64,000 bases of DNA from Octopus sinensis (GCF_006345805.1 NC_043001.1:99200001-99264000), one strand, 5' to 3'; positions 11,701 through 25,680 are shown, numbered from the stretch's first letter. Numbers and translations are program-made. Notes: generated by a model from the sequence alone, not told the origin.

Positions 11701-13016
11701 GTTAGGGCCGATTTTCATTATTTTGCTTTTATAGTTGTTTGTGGTCAGGCATTGTTCTCGTACAGTGAGAATCAGTCCTTCCATTTCTGCTGTTAATCCA
11801 GGGCTTTTTGAGCCACTGTTGGCTTTCATTTATTATTATCTTGTGCATGTAAGCGAAAGCAGGGTATTGTGATCACTCATCTTTGTTTGCGTGTTTGCAA
11901 AATTACCGGAAAACAGCTGAATGGATTTTCACCATCTTTGACATACTCGTTGGGCGAGTGGCTTGATATGATGAACATTTGCTTTGATTATCTCTAAAAA
12001 AAAATTTTTTTTTTTAATGGGACTTACAAATTTCTCTATAAGCAAGTGGTCATATTATTTTGCTTGCTTTCTTTTTCATATGAACCGACCCTTATCTGCT
12101 TGTGTATGGATCATGGTGTACCTATGTGCATAGATACGTGTGCGTACATGCATACATACACAAATACATACATAGATATGTGACTCTGTGTGCATGTGTG
12201 TTTGTGTGTGTGCACTGATGGATTTGAGGGTTTCGTTTATTTATGAGTTGATTTCTTAATTTCACCAAAGTATAAATACCTGTAATGATGATACTTAAAA
12301 AAAATTAATTCAGTTCAATTAAAAAGTATGGTTAAGCAATGCATTTGTAAGCCACACTATAATTTGTGAAAAAATTTATCTACATGCAGGGCCAATGCCT
12401 TTTTTTTCATTGTTATTATTATCAATAAGGCAGTGAGCTGGCAGAATCATTAGCATGCTGAGCAAAATGCTTGACAGTATTTTGTCCATCTTCACATTCT
12501 AAGTTCAAATTCTACCGAGGTTGACTTTGCCTTCATTCTTTTGAGGACAATAAACTAAGTACTAGTGAGACACTGGAGTTGATGTAATCAACTAGTCTCC
12601 TCCTAACTGCTAAGTTACAGGGATGTAAACAAACCAAGACCAGTTGCCAAATGGTGATAGGAGACAAATACAAAGACATCTATGATGGTGTTTGGTTTTA
12701 TGCAGTTGAGCAATGCAAGCAGACCAGGAAAACCCTCACCATCAAGTCCCCAACTATCACTACCAATCCCTGTCCACATTGCTAGAGAAACTTCCTGAAA
12801 CTGTTGCCAACACACCCACAAAGCCCAACCCCTACTCTAACCCTAACCCCAATGCTAAACCCAGGATGACTAGGAGGTACTCATCTCTCCAACAGACAAA
12901 CATAATCTGTCTAAGTATACAGTACCACGTTGTTGCATATATTTTCTGTTTATTTTATATTTAAATCAAAAGTCTTTTGTGCAAATAATGTTTAATAAAC
13001 TTTTTTACCAATGTAG

Positions 13017-13085
13017 GAACTGCCAAATGTACTCTCAGCTCGGCGTTTTGTTGGCTGGTATAATGGTTTGCCTGAAAACAAAGAT
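13017..13085 (+). CDS. FDXR: Adrenodoxin reductase exon (69 nt)
   Basis: atgtag|GAA...GAT|gtaagt. [23 protein letters not shown] contains the conserved [14 protein letters not shown]. Confidence 0.96.
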
Positions 13086-13743
13086 GTAAGTACAATATAC
13101 ATACTTAGATTTTTATTTATCAACCATTATAGTCTAGTTAAGATAGAAAACAAACTCATAACAGTTGTTTTGTGTTTATGCATCTGTGTGTGTGTGTGTG
13201 TGTGTGTGCATGCACACATTTAAGTTGTTGTTTAATTCCAGGTAAACATTGAGTTATCAGAGCTATAATCAAAGGCATTCCAGCATTGGGTGTATGATTA
13301 AGAAGCTCCCAGTGCAATCAGCTGATTCTAGGTTTGACTCCACTGCATTACATATTCAGCCAATGTCTTTCAATGTTGGTATGGGTTAGCCAATTCTTTG
13401 TGAGTGGTATTTTGTTGATTGAAATGATACAGAAGCTCATTGTGTCTATTTCTAGTAACCCTTTCTGGGTTTCACAGTTTAAAAAAAAAGTTTCATTTTT
13501 TTGTATATCTAAAACTAATGTAGTTTAATGTGTTCTTCCTGTTTTAAGGCAGTTGTGTTTGAGAAGAGGGAAGTTAACTGTTATCTATAAAAGGTCAAAG
13601 TAATCATGCCGAGGTTCCCCCATTTGGTTTGTGTGCAATTTTATGTCTTTCTATCTATGCCTATGTGAGAGACTAGATATTTGTGTGTCACCCATGTACC
13701 ATTCATATGTAACAACAATTCTAAGTTCTGTTATTATTTGCAG

Positions 13744-13845
13744 TTACCAGTTGACCTTAATGTCGAAAGTGTTGCTGTCATAGGGCATGGCAATGTCGCT
13801 TTAGATATTGCAAGGATTCTCTTGACCCCAATAGATCTGTTGAAA
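13744..13845 (+). CDS. FDXR: Adrenodoxin reductase exon (102 nt, NADP-binding GxGxxA)
   Basis: ttgcag|TTA...AAA|gtaagt. LPVDLNVESVAVIGHGNVALDIARILLTPIDLLK. Confidence 0.97.
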
Positions 13846-15622
13846 GTAAGTCTTGTTTTATGCTGCTTTTTTATCTTTTAGTAGTGAGAAAAGGTAGTAC
13901 CTATGGCCCTGAGACTTGTGAGAAAGAGAAGAGAAAGCATCTTCACATCCTTTCTTTTTTTTCTAATGGGAGGTTTTGCTACTTTTTTGAGCAAATCAGG
14001 TGATCATATAAAGACCTTTTTTGCACCTTTAACTGTTTAACATTTAAACTGGCCATATCCATCCAAAATATTCTGTTTTATGTTCAAATCAGCCAGATCT
14101 GACATTTCACACCTACCTTACAATGTCATGCTAAAAATAAACTATCACATCATTGAAATATCAAAGCTGTGAGGTAATGCATATTAAAATCAAAACAATG
14201 TGAACAACTAAGCATTATATTTGACAGGATAATCTGAATGTTAAAGAGTTAAAGACATCTACAGCTCACCTGTTTACAGATTCGTTCATGTTTCTGGGCA
14301 ACTGATTTTTTTTCTTTTTCTTTTTCCTCCCCACCACTTTTTTATGCATTTAAACTGAGAAGAAAGGAGCAGAGTTGGTAAGTTTTTCAGGCATCCATAG
14401 ACTGAAGGATACAGTCAATTGATAAAGTTAATTCAGTTAATGTTCAGTTTGAGTGTTTTTGAAGGTCAGTGGTTAAGAGTAAAATAAAAATAAGATGGAA
14501 ATTCCTGAGGATGTACTTCTATAGGAGAAGGTTTGACAAAAGTGTCTTGTGTAGGATATCTAGAAGATGATACGTAGTAAAGGTGACTGAGGTATAAAAA
14601 GCAGTTACTTGGGCACTGAGATAAAGAAGGCATACAGGGGTCCTGAACTATTTTTTTATCTATATGGGCCCCCTGGATTACAATTTTATTCTGGTGGACC
14701 CCCATAGCCATTTAATGTTTAAAAACTAGTTTTATATAAATTTCTTTCAAAAGTCCTATTTTGTTTTTTACACAAAAGTCCTATTTTGTTTTAACTTGTG
14801 TAGGTTGAACTATGTAAAATGTTAGAGAAAGAAACCTAGTTGTTTCTTGCAATACATACTAATACATACATCTAAAGCAAAGTTTTTTCAGGGGCCCTTA
14901 AAATACTATTGTGGATCTCCAATTTACTATTTTGTTGCATGCACCCTGCAAAATTTTATATTGGCCATTAGGAACCATATGGACCTCAGTTGAAAACAAC
15001 TGGTCTACAAGTTGAAACATTGCAGAAGTGATAAAGGTACAAGAGGTTAATGAGATCCATAAGTAGAAGTGGTATATAGTTTGGATGGAATTGGTTTGCA
15101 GTCTGCGAGCTCAAAGAAGCAAAGACCATTATTGTAACAATAAAATAGACATTTAGAGGAAAAGGCACAGTTTGACAATAAACATGTTATTGATTGCTGT
15201 TGCTAAATGAAAGTTTTTCTGTCAGGTACCAAACCATTTTTTTTATAGATGTAAGAGAGAATGAAACATTAAAAAGATGTTGCTGGTGTCTTATTTAAGT
15301 TAAGGAACTCCTCTGTCGTCTATTTAATACAGCTGAGCAGGGGTTTCTTTCCAAGGTGCAATCCTAGTCAAGAATTTTTTGAAGAAAATCAGTGATTGCC
15401 CATGTATGTAATTCTACTTTTTCTCCATGTCGCCGGTGATGACCAAGTAAAAAGCAAGACCAATATGGTTTTAGGTGCAGGTGTGGCTGTGTGGTAAGAA
15501 GTTTGCTTTCCAGCCACATGGTTCCAGGTTCAGTCTCATTGGTCATGTATCTTCCACTATTGCACCGAGTTGGCCAAAGGCTTGCGAGTGGATTTAGTAG
15601 GTGGAAACTGAAAGAAGCCCAT

Positions 15623-15665
<43 letters not shown>

Positions 15666-15689
15666 TTGAGTATATTCCTGGTAGTACAC

Positions 15690-16900
15690 TGATAAAGCAC
15701 TTGCTGAGTCACTATCAGAACTAGAGGAAATGTTTCAGGTGTGGAAGCAAGGATTAGAATTGAAGGGCCTTAGAGTCAACCTAGCTAAAACCAAAGTTTT
15801 AATAAGTAGGCAGGCAGACAAACCACAAATGCCTTCAGGTAGATGGCTCTGCTCGATCTGTAGAAAAGGCATAGGTAGAAACTCCATAAGATGTACCTAG
15901 TGTAAGCTATGGACACATAAGAGGTGCAGCAATATCAAAGAAAGTCTAGCTGGGAAGATAGTTTTTGTATGTGGCAAATGCTCAGGTGCTATAAACACAG
16001 AAAATGTGTAGAGAACAGCTTCTGTTACATTCCAGGGAGAAAAACTAGAAGTAGTTGATAGCTTCTGTTACCTAGGGGACCAAGTCAGTAGCAGGGGTGG
16101 ATGCTCTGAAAATGTAGCTGCTAGAATAAGAATAGCCTGGGCAAAGTTCAGAGAGCTCCTACCTCTGCTGGTGACAAAGGGCCTCTCACTCAGAGTCAAA
16201 GATAGACTGTATGACACATGTGTGCAAATAGCCATGCTACATGGCAGTGAAACATGGGCCGTGATTGCTGAGGACATGCATAAGCTTGCAAGGAATGAAG
16301 CCAGTATACTCCGCTGGATGTGTAATGTCAGTGTGCATACACGACAGAATGTAAGCGCCCTGAGAGAAATGTGGGATTTAAGAAGCATCAGATGTGGTGT
16401 GCGAGACAACTGCATTGGTATGAGCATGTGTTGTAAATGAATGAGGACAGCTGTGTGAAAAAGTGTCACACCCTAGCAGTTGATGGAACCTGTGGATGAA
16501 GTAGACCCAGGAAAACCTGGGATGAGGTGGTGAAGCATGACCTTTGAACATTGGGCCATTACACCCCACGTTCGGATGTGCTTTTAACATTCCACTGGGC
16601 CAAGTGCCAATCAGGCAGTACTGTCATTGGCCACATCAGCAATTTTGATTTTGATTTTAATTTCACTTGCCTCAATAGGTCTTCACAAGCAAGGTTTATT
16701 GTCCAATGAATGAGGGTTATTCATAAATGGGCTGGTTACACCCACTGGCATAGGCCATGGGCTATGGTCTCACTTGGCTTGTTGGGTCTTCTCAAGCACA
16801 GCATATTTCCAAAGCCTCGGTAACTAGTCACTGCCTCGGTAAGGCCCATTTGACCCATGCAAACCTAGAAAAGTAGGCATTAAAATGATGATGATAATGA
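15690..16900 (+). mobile_element. RTE-clade LINE 3' fragment (RT C-terminal region + 3' UTR)
   Basis: AESLSELEEMFQVWKQGLELKGLRVNLAKTKVL...TKGLSLRVKDRLYDTCVQIAMLHGSETWAV, with stops and frameshifts; ends in (gat)n. Confidence 0.85.
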
Positions 16901-17952
16901 AGACAAAGCTGATCTCCTGTAAGTTTGCAAGTATGTTTATGATTAACATTATTTCTGATAAAATGAAAGGCCAGTCAAGTGTTAAAATTATTATTATTGA
17001 CTAATCTCTTGTCTAAAATTTCTGGACTTGTGTTTATATGAGGAATTATTCTTTTCAATTTCAAGAATAGTAGGTTAGCAGAAATAGGAGAAAATCTTTA
17101 ACAGTATTTAGTTTCATATGTCTGAGTTTGAATATCCATATACCAATTAGATATAAATAAAATAAAATAAACGCTCCCTTTTTAAAGCCTAGCCAGGCTC
17201 ATGGGCCTGGTTTCAATGGCATATGTGTTCCCCAGCTAGACAGGATGCCAGTCCATTGCAACATTACTCACTTTTGCCAGCTGAGTGGACTGGAGCAATG
17301 TGAAATGAAGTGTTTTGCTCAAGAACACAATGCGTCGCCAGGTCCAGGAATCAAAACCACAATCTTACGATCATGATGCTGACACCCTAACCACTAAGCC
17401 ACACACCTCCACACCAGTTAGATATGCTTTACATAAATCTTGGAGTTCATAAAATGTGTATTAGTAAGATGTGGTGACAGTTGATCTTCTGACCAAACAA
17501 AGGTCACTATGTTTCCTTTTTTTTTTTTTCTTGTTGCTTTTTTATCTGCTGAAACTGTCTGTTGTTGCAGCTTTTGATAGAAGTGTCACCACTTTTTGGT
17601 GATAAGGTGAAATTTGAATTTAAAATACTCAGATCCAGAACAGATACAACACATCCACATGATGCACTGATCCAGAAGTACACTGATCCACTCATCCTGG
17701 GCTAGTATTTTTTTTTATCAACCCTAAAAGGGTGAAAAGTAAAGTTGACCATGGCAGGATTTGAATTCAGAACATAGAGAGTTGAAGTAAATACCACAAA
17801 ACATTCTATCTAACACTACTGACTCTGTCTATGTATCTCCTATTATCATGAATAAACTCTCATACAAGTAAGATACTGAGGGTTTATTTACACATATATA
17901 CAATTATTGGCTCTGTACTTTAATTCAAAGATATCATTATTTTCAATTTCAG

Positions 17953-18145
17953 AAAACTGACATTGCAGAACATGCATTATCAGTGTTGGCCACAAGCCAA
18001 GTGAAGCATGTTCACTTAGTCGGTCGTCGTGGTCCTTTACATGTGGCCTTTACTATTAAAGAACTGCGAGAAATGATTCATTTACCAGAAGCCCGCCCTG
18101 TGATGGGAAAAGACGACTTCATATCGTTAGACAGTTTCTTGGAAG
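17953..18145 (+). CDS. FDXR: Adrenodoxin reductase exon (193 nt)
   Basis: tttcag|AAA...GAA G|gtttgt. [49 protein letters not shown]...; ends in phase 1. Confidence 0.97.
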
Positions 18146-18549
18146 GTTTGTTTGTTTTCTGTTTTTCTACTGGAACAAGAATTACAATTTATATAGTGAA
18201 GAATACTGAATTCTTGGCTCATTGTTCCAATATGTGGGTGTACTAGGTTGCTCTCATTGAGGTTTATTATAGTTAGACCAGACAGGGCTATTTATAATAC
18301 AATTCCACTTTTGTATAGTTTACTTGTATTCTCTATTTAAAAAGATGTTACAGAAATGTAATATGAGAGAAGATTAACTTTTCTCTCTCAAACAGGCATA
18401 CATTTATGTAAATATATACATAAATAGGCACAGGTGTGACTTTTCAACCACATTGTTCTGGGTTCAGTCTCACTGCATGGTACCTTACTACAGTCTTGGG
18501 CTGACCAAAGCCTTGTGAGTGGATTTGGTAGATAGAAACTGAAAAAAAG

Positions 18550-18628
<79 letters not shown>

Positions 18629-18891
18629 GTAGGTATGTATGTATGTATCTGTGTGTGTGTGTGGCACTGTCTGTGTTTGTCCCCCTCCACTGCTTGACAA
18701 CTAGTGGTGGTGTGTTTATATCCCCATCACTTAGTAGTTTGGCAAAAGAAACTGATAAAAACTTTAAAAAATAAGTTCTAGGGTCGGTCTGCTCAACTAA
18801 AACCTTTGAAGGTGGTGCCCCAGCATGGCTGCAGTCAAATGACTGAAAAGAGTAAGGGCTATATATATATATGTGTGTGTGTGTATATATA

Positions 18892-18924
<33 letters not shown>

Positions 18925-18926
<2 letters not shown>

Positions 18927-19327
18927 GCCATGCCACATTACATGGCAGTGAAACATGGGCTGCGACTGATGAGGACATGCGTAAGCTCGCAAGGAATGAA
19001 GCCAGTATGCTCTGATGGATGCGTAATGTCAGTGTGCATACTTGACAGAGTTTAAGTACCTTGAGAGAAAAGTTGGACTTAAGAAGCATCAGATGTAGTT
19101 TGCAAAAGAGACGACTGCACTGGTATGGTCATGTGGTGAGAATGGATGAGGATAGCTGTGTGAAAAAGTACCACACCCTAGCAGTTGAGGGAACCTGTGG
19201 AAGAGGTAGACCCAGGAAGACCTGGGATGAGGTGGTGAAGCATGTCCTTCAAACATTAGACCTCACCAAGGCAATGACTAGTGACTGGGACCTTTCAATA
19301 TATGCAGTGCATGAGAAGACCTGGCAA
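18925..19327 (+). mobile_element. RTE-clade LINE fragment
   Basis: LHGSETWAATDEDMRKLARNEASML...LRSIRCSLQKRRLHWYGHVVRMDEDSCVKK...GRGRPRKTWDEVVK. Confidence 0.88.
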
Positions 19328-19994
19328 GCCTATTTTGGTTATGATATCATTTCTGGAATTCTTAAATTTTACTTTCATACAACATAACAATATTGTTTGT
19401 AAACATTCCCCCATAGTGCCCCAATAAAATTTCCTCTGTATTAACTTAGGTTTCTTAGTGTCTTGCCCCTTTAACAGGTAATTAGCATCATGATTTAAAG
19501 CCTACTCAGCCTCTTTTTATAGACAGTTACTTATATCCAACTGACTACTCTTAATGTCTTATTTCCTCCCTGGGGAAAAAGGGATACATATTATATTTAT
19601 GACCATACCTAGCCTTGAGCTGTCAACTCACTCTTGTCCTTTATTTAAAATAGACACAGTCTTCTAGTCTCAGATTTAGTGGTTGATAAAGAGATAAATG
19701 AATTAGAAATGAATTACAACCCTATGACCCCACTATGATCCATGCGATTCTTAGAAGTTGTAGTTTATTCCTAGCTACAATAGTGAAAACATGAATTTCT
19801 TACTCTGTTAAAATATTTAAGAAAAGTCATATTAATGTGTCCTACTTGTTAAAATTCCATTTATTTATTTGTGCAACTGAAGATAGCACTACATGTAAAT
19901 TGATGTAATGATTGTTCAATTAAATGGAACCGTTTAAACCAGTCGTACTGCATTACTACTTGATATCCTGTTGCTTCTTTTGATATATATATAT
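19328..19994 (+). repeat. Dispersed ~670-bp non-coding element with degenerate hammerhead (copy 1)
   Basis: Collinear with 58605-59270 throughout and ends at (AT)n. Contains gtgcaa-CTGAAGA...TAAAC-cagtc-GTA-ctgcat at 19871-19953. Confidence 0.85.
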
Positions 19995-21059
19995 GACGTG
20001 TATGTGTATATAAGGTGAACTGACAGAGCTGTTAGAGAAGAGTGTTGGGTAAAATGTGTTGTGGTATTTCTTCACTCTGAGTTCGAACCCTTCTGAAGTC
20101 AGCTTTTCTACCCATCATTCTTAAGGAGCTGACAAACTAAGTACTGGTATGAATTCTTCTTCTCTCACTCTTTCTGTCTCTTAAAATTGGCAACATTCCA
20201 ATGTGAGAAGAGACATGATGTAACCACTCATAGTGTCCCTGTATTAGATGATTTTTTTGTTTTTGTCCTTTGTTTTGTTTGGAACAAGCATTATCAGCAC
20301 CATTATCATGATTGTCCTTTCAGAGTCAATGAAATAAGTATCAGTTGAACACTGGGGTTGGTGTAATCGACTTGCCTCTCCCCCGAAATTGCTGGCCTTG
20401 TGTCAAAATTCGAAATCAATATTTAGTTTGTATTTTAATATTCATAATCTTAGTTAATCTCCTTGGATTATAGAAAAAAACCAGCTGTTTTTTTTAATAA
20501 ATTATTAGCTTTTTGTATTTTTAGTTTATTTCAGTTGACTCATAGAAAAGTTATGATAGCTAGCTGAATGAAGTTTTAGTCTCATATGTGGTTATTTTTT
20601 ATGTTGAGAACATTGTAAATAATCAATCTCACATGAAGGCAGCAATTGACAGAATTAACATGATGGACAAAATACTTAGCAGCATTTCATCCAACTTTAC
20701 TATCTGAGTTTAAATGCTGCCAAGGTCAACTTTGCCTTTCATCCTTTTGGTGTCAGTGAAATAAATATCAGTTGTTCACTGGGGCTGATGAAATCGACTT
20801 ACTTGTTCCCCACAAAACCAGGCTCTGTGCCTATAAAAGGATTTATTACACACATGATCAACATCTTTATAAGTGAATTATCAGTTAATCTAATTTCTTA
20901 ACAGCTCTCCATGTTTTTTATTACATGGCTTCATAACCACATGGTTTGGGGTTTGATCTCATTGCATTGACATCTTGAAAACTGTTTTCTATTATTATGG
21001 GTCAGAGGGTGACAAGATAAGCTACTTGCATCAACTTGCTATAAAAGCAGGTAATAATT

Positions 21060-21842
21060 TTATCTTGTCTTTATTCTTAGTGCAAGTTTTGAAGAGTGCA
21101 GTTTGATTTTAACAGTTATTTTTTTTCAAAGCTATAATGGAAGTGAAAAAGGAGCATGTTTAGCATATTTTGCTTTATGAGTTCAATAAAAGCAACAGCA
21201 CAATGGAAAGAGCAGGGAATATCAATGCAGTATATGGTGGATCGGACAATAAGCATAAACCAGTGTGAAAACGAGCCTCATCCTGGAAGATCTGTAGAGC
21301 TCAATGAGGACGTCCTGTAAACCCTGGTGGAACAAAATCCCATTGTAACTGTTGAGGAACTAGCAGAGAAGCTTGGATTTGGTCATTCAACCTGTCATTC
21401 AAGTCAGCACTAGAAGAAAAACGGCCATCTTTGGTTTCAAGATGAAAGGTGTTCTTCCATCAGGATAATGCTTGGCCACATATAGCGAGTATGACATTCC
21501 AAAGGCTGGAGCAGTTTGAATAAGAAATGATGCCCACCCAGCATATTCACCAAACATTGCTCCATCTAATTATTATTTATTCCATAGTCTTCAAAATCAT
21601 TTGGATGGAAAAAATATGAATTCTGTAGACAAGGTCAGAACAGTACTGGAGGAGTATTTTTCGTCATGGACAAGTCAATATTGGAAGAGGGGCCTTGCAA
21701 GTCTACCAGATAGATGGAAGAGCATTGTAGAAAATGAAGGAGGGTATATTTTAGATTAAAAAATAACTTAGTTTATCTTAATTTTGAAAAATAAAAGAAA
21801 TATATAAAAAAAATACTGCATTATTTATGGGATGATCCAATA
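21060..21842 (+). mobile_element. Mariner transposase relic (internally deleted)
   Basis: MEVKKEHV*HILLYEFNK N-terminus, LVEQNPIVTVEELAEKLGFGHST, HQDNAWPH and a decayed YSPD-like region; right TIR-like tatttatgggatgatccaata. Confidence 0.8.
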
Positions 21843-22270
21843 ATTGATAGATTGTGAAATTTGCTCAACAGAAACTGAATGGAAGCCCATTGAATGCATT
21901 TTGCAAATTTGCTCATTTTTTTCAAAATAAAGAAAAATATCTTGGGTTTTAGTTTCATCTGTGTGAAAAATAAAGTAATAAAAGTAAAAAAAGACATATA
22001 GTGTGTAAGAAAAGGGTATTGGAAAGATTATACTCAAAAGTTTTATATCTATTTTTATGTTATCATAAGTAGAATTATTGTCATTCACATTTTTGGACAT
22101 TTCTAAATCTTCAGAGCAATTGTTTAAGAGCAGAATTTTTTTTTTAATTCAATAGAGTGAAGATATTTAACTTGTCCAGATGTTGACAAGTTACAAAAGA
22201 AAATGTATAATCGTATTTAAAATATGACTTTTTCCCCCTCTGATAGATATAGCTTCTCTGCTCATTTCAG

Positions 22271-22464
22271 CTCTACCTCGCCCTCGTCGTCGTCTCACTG
22301 AACTGCTTTATAAGACAGCTATTACACCAAGTGAGAAAGACTTGAAAATGTGGAAAGATGCAATTCGCAAATGGTTTTTACACTTTCAGAGAAGTCCAAG
22401 GGAGATAATTAGTGATGCGTCATCAAAAGTAACTGCTGTAAGATTAACAGTCAACCAACTAGAG
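22271..22464 (+). CDS. FDXR: Adrenodoxin reductase exon (194 nt)
   Basis: tttcag|CT CTA...GAG|gtagga. LPRPRRRLTELLYKTA...WFLHFQRSPREII...VRLTVNQLE; phase 1 to 0. Confidence 0.96.
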
Positions 22465-22646
22465 GTAGGAATCTCAAATGTTAAAATTAGAGAAAAAAAA
22501 AGTCGCTGAAATACTATAGCTTCAACTATACGTACACAGTTCTCCCATCAAGGTTTATTTGTTTTTCAGCCCATTGAATTCGATCAAATAGGCAGCATGA
22601 GTCAACCGAATTAAGTACATATATAACAAGCCATAAAAAAAATGGG

Positions 22647-23022
22647 TACTTTTTGGTTATCTCACCTCCATTAAAAAATTGGGTTATCTCCCCCAACTAA
22701 AAAAATTGTTTAACTATCAATTTAACGGGAAAAAATGAAAAATTAATAAACATGAAAATAATTTTTTTATAAACAAATCATACACAACTGAAAAAATAAA
22801 TAAACAGGAAAACCGAAAAAATTAAACATCTTATTGAATCTAATAGCATTTTTATAACAAATCATGCCTTGCCTATTGAGGAGGCCAAAAGTCAACAATG
22901 TGTTGAAGTATTGAATCAAAAGGATCTAACCCTTTTAATCCAATCTTTTGTTGCCACATAAACTCAACATTTTAGTGGAGAGATTGGCAATTTTTTAATG
23001 GGGTTGAGATAACCAAAAAGTA
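22647..23022. mobile_element. Tc1/mariner-type MITE with ~35-bp TIRs
   Basis: tactttttggttatctcacctccattaaaaaattg (22647-22681) vs the reverse complement of 22988-23022; TA at both ends. Confidence 0.75.
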
Positions 23023-23029
23023 TCAAAAA

Positions 23030-23788
23030 TTGTGGCCATATTGCGGATTTCCAAGATATACCCCCACCCCACCCCCAGATCATCACAGATCCTCCTCTAT
23101 GTTTAACAGGTGGAAGAATGCAGTCGGGGTCAAATGCTTCTTTTGGCTGTATATTCAGCCGGTGGTCGGAAATAAGGTAAAGGATGACTTGTCTGAAAAA
23201 CTAACATTCTTCCACTGCTCTAGGGACCAATTCTGTAGGTTTTTACTCCACTCTAAATGCTTTGCAACATTTGTTTTTGAAAGCAGTGGTTTTCTGATTG
23301 CAGCCCACCCATGAAATCTGGCTTTGTGCAGCACCCAGTGAACAGTTTTTGTGGAAACGGGATTCTCGAGGTGGTCATTAAGCTCTGCAGTAATTTTGGT
23401 AGTTGTATTTTTGTGATCCTTTTTAACAATTTGCATAAGAGTCCAATGGTCCTTATCTGAAAGTTTTGATTTTCTTCTGGTCATTACTTTCGAGACAGTA
23501 CTTCTTGATACACCAAACATTTCGGTTGGTTTCATTACGCTAGCAGCTGCCATACGAGCACCAACAATTTGACCTCTTTGAAAGTCCGATAGATCTGTCA
23601 TTTTAATGAATTTTAATTACGTTTTTCTGATGATATCTGAAAAGAAACAGCAATTTTAACAAAACATATTAAGCAACACTAATAATAAATGAAAAAACAT
23701 AAAAATAAACAAGCTTTTGATGGGTTTATAGATATTTCAAAATTATGATATTGTGATACTAGGTGTTTCCATTATTTTGTCCAACCCT

Positions 23789-23792
<4 letters not shown>
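23030..23792 (-). mobile_element. Tc1-like transposase relic, 3'-truncated
   Basis: ORF 23155-23601: MTDLSDFQRGQIVGAR...RKPLLSKTN...WKNVSFSDKSSFTLF, then VKHRGGSVMIWG; TIR caagggttggacaaaataatggaaacac. Confidence 0.9.
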
Positions 23793-23820
<28 letters not shown>

Positions 23821-24311
23821 CCCACTACACTCTTGGAGTGGTTGGCGTTAGGAAGGGCATCCAGCTGTAGAAACACTGCCAGATCTGACTGGCTGGTGCA
23901 GCCTTCGGGCTCCCCAGACCCCAGTTGAACCGTCCAACCCATGCTAGCATGGAAAGCGGACGTTAAATGATGATGATGATATATTGCACCATCACCTTCC
24001 ATAATGACTGATTTTTGTATTCCATCATAATCTTCAATAAACTGCTTATGTTAAATATTAGAATGGTTTCTAAATCTTAAAATAATAGAATAGAGTTTAA
24101 GTGTATTTAGCAATTTAGTAGTTAATAACGCATTTGGTACAAAAATATTAAAAAGATCTGGAAATTTGAAAAATTGAATTTTGTAAATATTGGTTCAAAG
24201 AAAAAAACCTCTAAATAGATATAGGAATATATTAATATACACATAAATTTTTCTGTATTGAATTTTGATATTATTATTGATAAGTATTGCTTACCATTTC
24301 TATTCTCATAG

Positions 24312-24377
24312 GGTGAAGACCCATTAAACCAGAAAGCAGTTCCTACTAATGAAACAGTCGACTTACCATGTGGATTG
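24312..24377 (+). CDS. FDXR: Adrenodoxin reductase exon (66 nt)
   Basis: tcatag|GGT...TTG|gtatgt. GEDPLNQKAVPTNETVDLPCGL (cf. AVPTGDMEDLPCGL). Confidence 0.94.
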
Positions 24378-25202
24378 GTATGTATTTTACTATTTTTCTA
24401 TTATCATTGTCATCATCATTTAATTTATCTTTTCCATGCTGGCATGGGTTGAGCAGTTTGTCTAGGGACCTCATTGTTGATCAGTAAGGCCAGGGTCATC
24501 ACCATGCTCCTTTGTCTGTTCAGGCATGGTTTCTACCGGTGGATGCTTCCTAATGCCAACCACTGCACAGAATGTACTGGGTTCTTTTTATGTGGTACTA
24601 TCACCTATGCTTTCTATGAGGCATCAGCAGTGACATCAATTCTGCTGTGGCAGACGGGTCTCCTTGACTACAGCAATGCACCAGATATTTAGGTCCTTTG
24701 TATTTCTTTGTGATGGAGTGGGTAACATGTTTTAAGATTATAGTGAAGTGTTACTTGTGGAACTCTTTGAAAAAGTTCATGATTTATTAGATCTGAAAAT
24801 GGTGAGGCTCATAGATGAGAGAATGTGTGCTTGAAATAAATGAAATTGTATTGTATTGTAGACACAGACAACTTATGTCACCATGAAAAGTAAATATTAA
24901 ACAAGAACAACAGTGGTGGCAGCAGTAGTGATGCTGATGTCTATCCCAAAATCAGTTAAAAGGAACTAATCATTCTTAGGTAATTAGTTTAACTGTTCTA
25001 ATTATCATAAAGTAATTTAGTCTTACAGAACAAGAGCATACAAAGCTGATAAATAGAGCCAGGTTAGTAGTGAAATGTAGACCCTATATGAATGTGTTTT
25101 AATAATGAGTGCAAAATATATATTATTTATATGTGGGTTATATATATATATGTGTGTGCGTGTGCATGTAGAGTACCTTATATACTCAGAACTAATGAAA
25201 TA

Positions 25203-25680
25203 GAATAAATGATTTATAAACATTGACCTCCTGGAATCTGTTCAGAGACGTGCAACCAAACGCATACCCTCCATCAGACACCTACCATATTCTGAGCGCC
25301 TTGTTTCCCTGGGCATGGATTCACTGAAGCTCCGGCGTCTGGCGACGGACTTGGTAAACACCCACAAGGTTATCAACCACCTCACCAACAACAACACTGA
25401 ACACCTTTTTGATCTCCATGTGTCTAACACACGTGGACATGCCTACAAAGTCAGAAAACAACACAGCTCCCATGACTTTCGGAAACATTTTTTCACGCTC
25501 AGAGTTGCTGAAGCATGGAATAAACTGCCTGCGTCAGTTGTTGACTGCCATGACACTGCATCCTTTAAGGCCCTCATGCTTTCCAAAATCCGTCGAAACT
25601 ACACCTGATTATATATACACTTTTGATGAGTTGTAGTGCACCTGAGCACTGTACACAATGTTTATTATTATTATTATTAT
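25203..25680 (+). mobile_element. CR1/L2-like LINE 3' end
   Basis: ESVQRRATKRIP...YSERLVSLGMDSLKLRRL...TRGHAYKV...RKHFFTLRVAEAWNKLP, then a 3' UTR and (TTA)n tail. Shorter copies at about 34697-34925(+) and 39220-39335(-). Confidence 0.88.

Noticed and set aside
12826-12862. Interstitial telomeric (CCCTAA)n
   Set aside because: Only about two good units; too short to distinguish from repeat-derived low complexity.
17929-17952. Upstream alternative acceptor analogous to the human 18-nt FDXR variant
   Set aside because: The nearest upstream AG adds 22 nt, which is out of frame.
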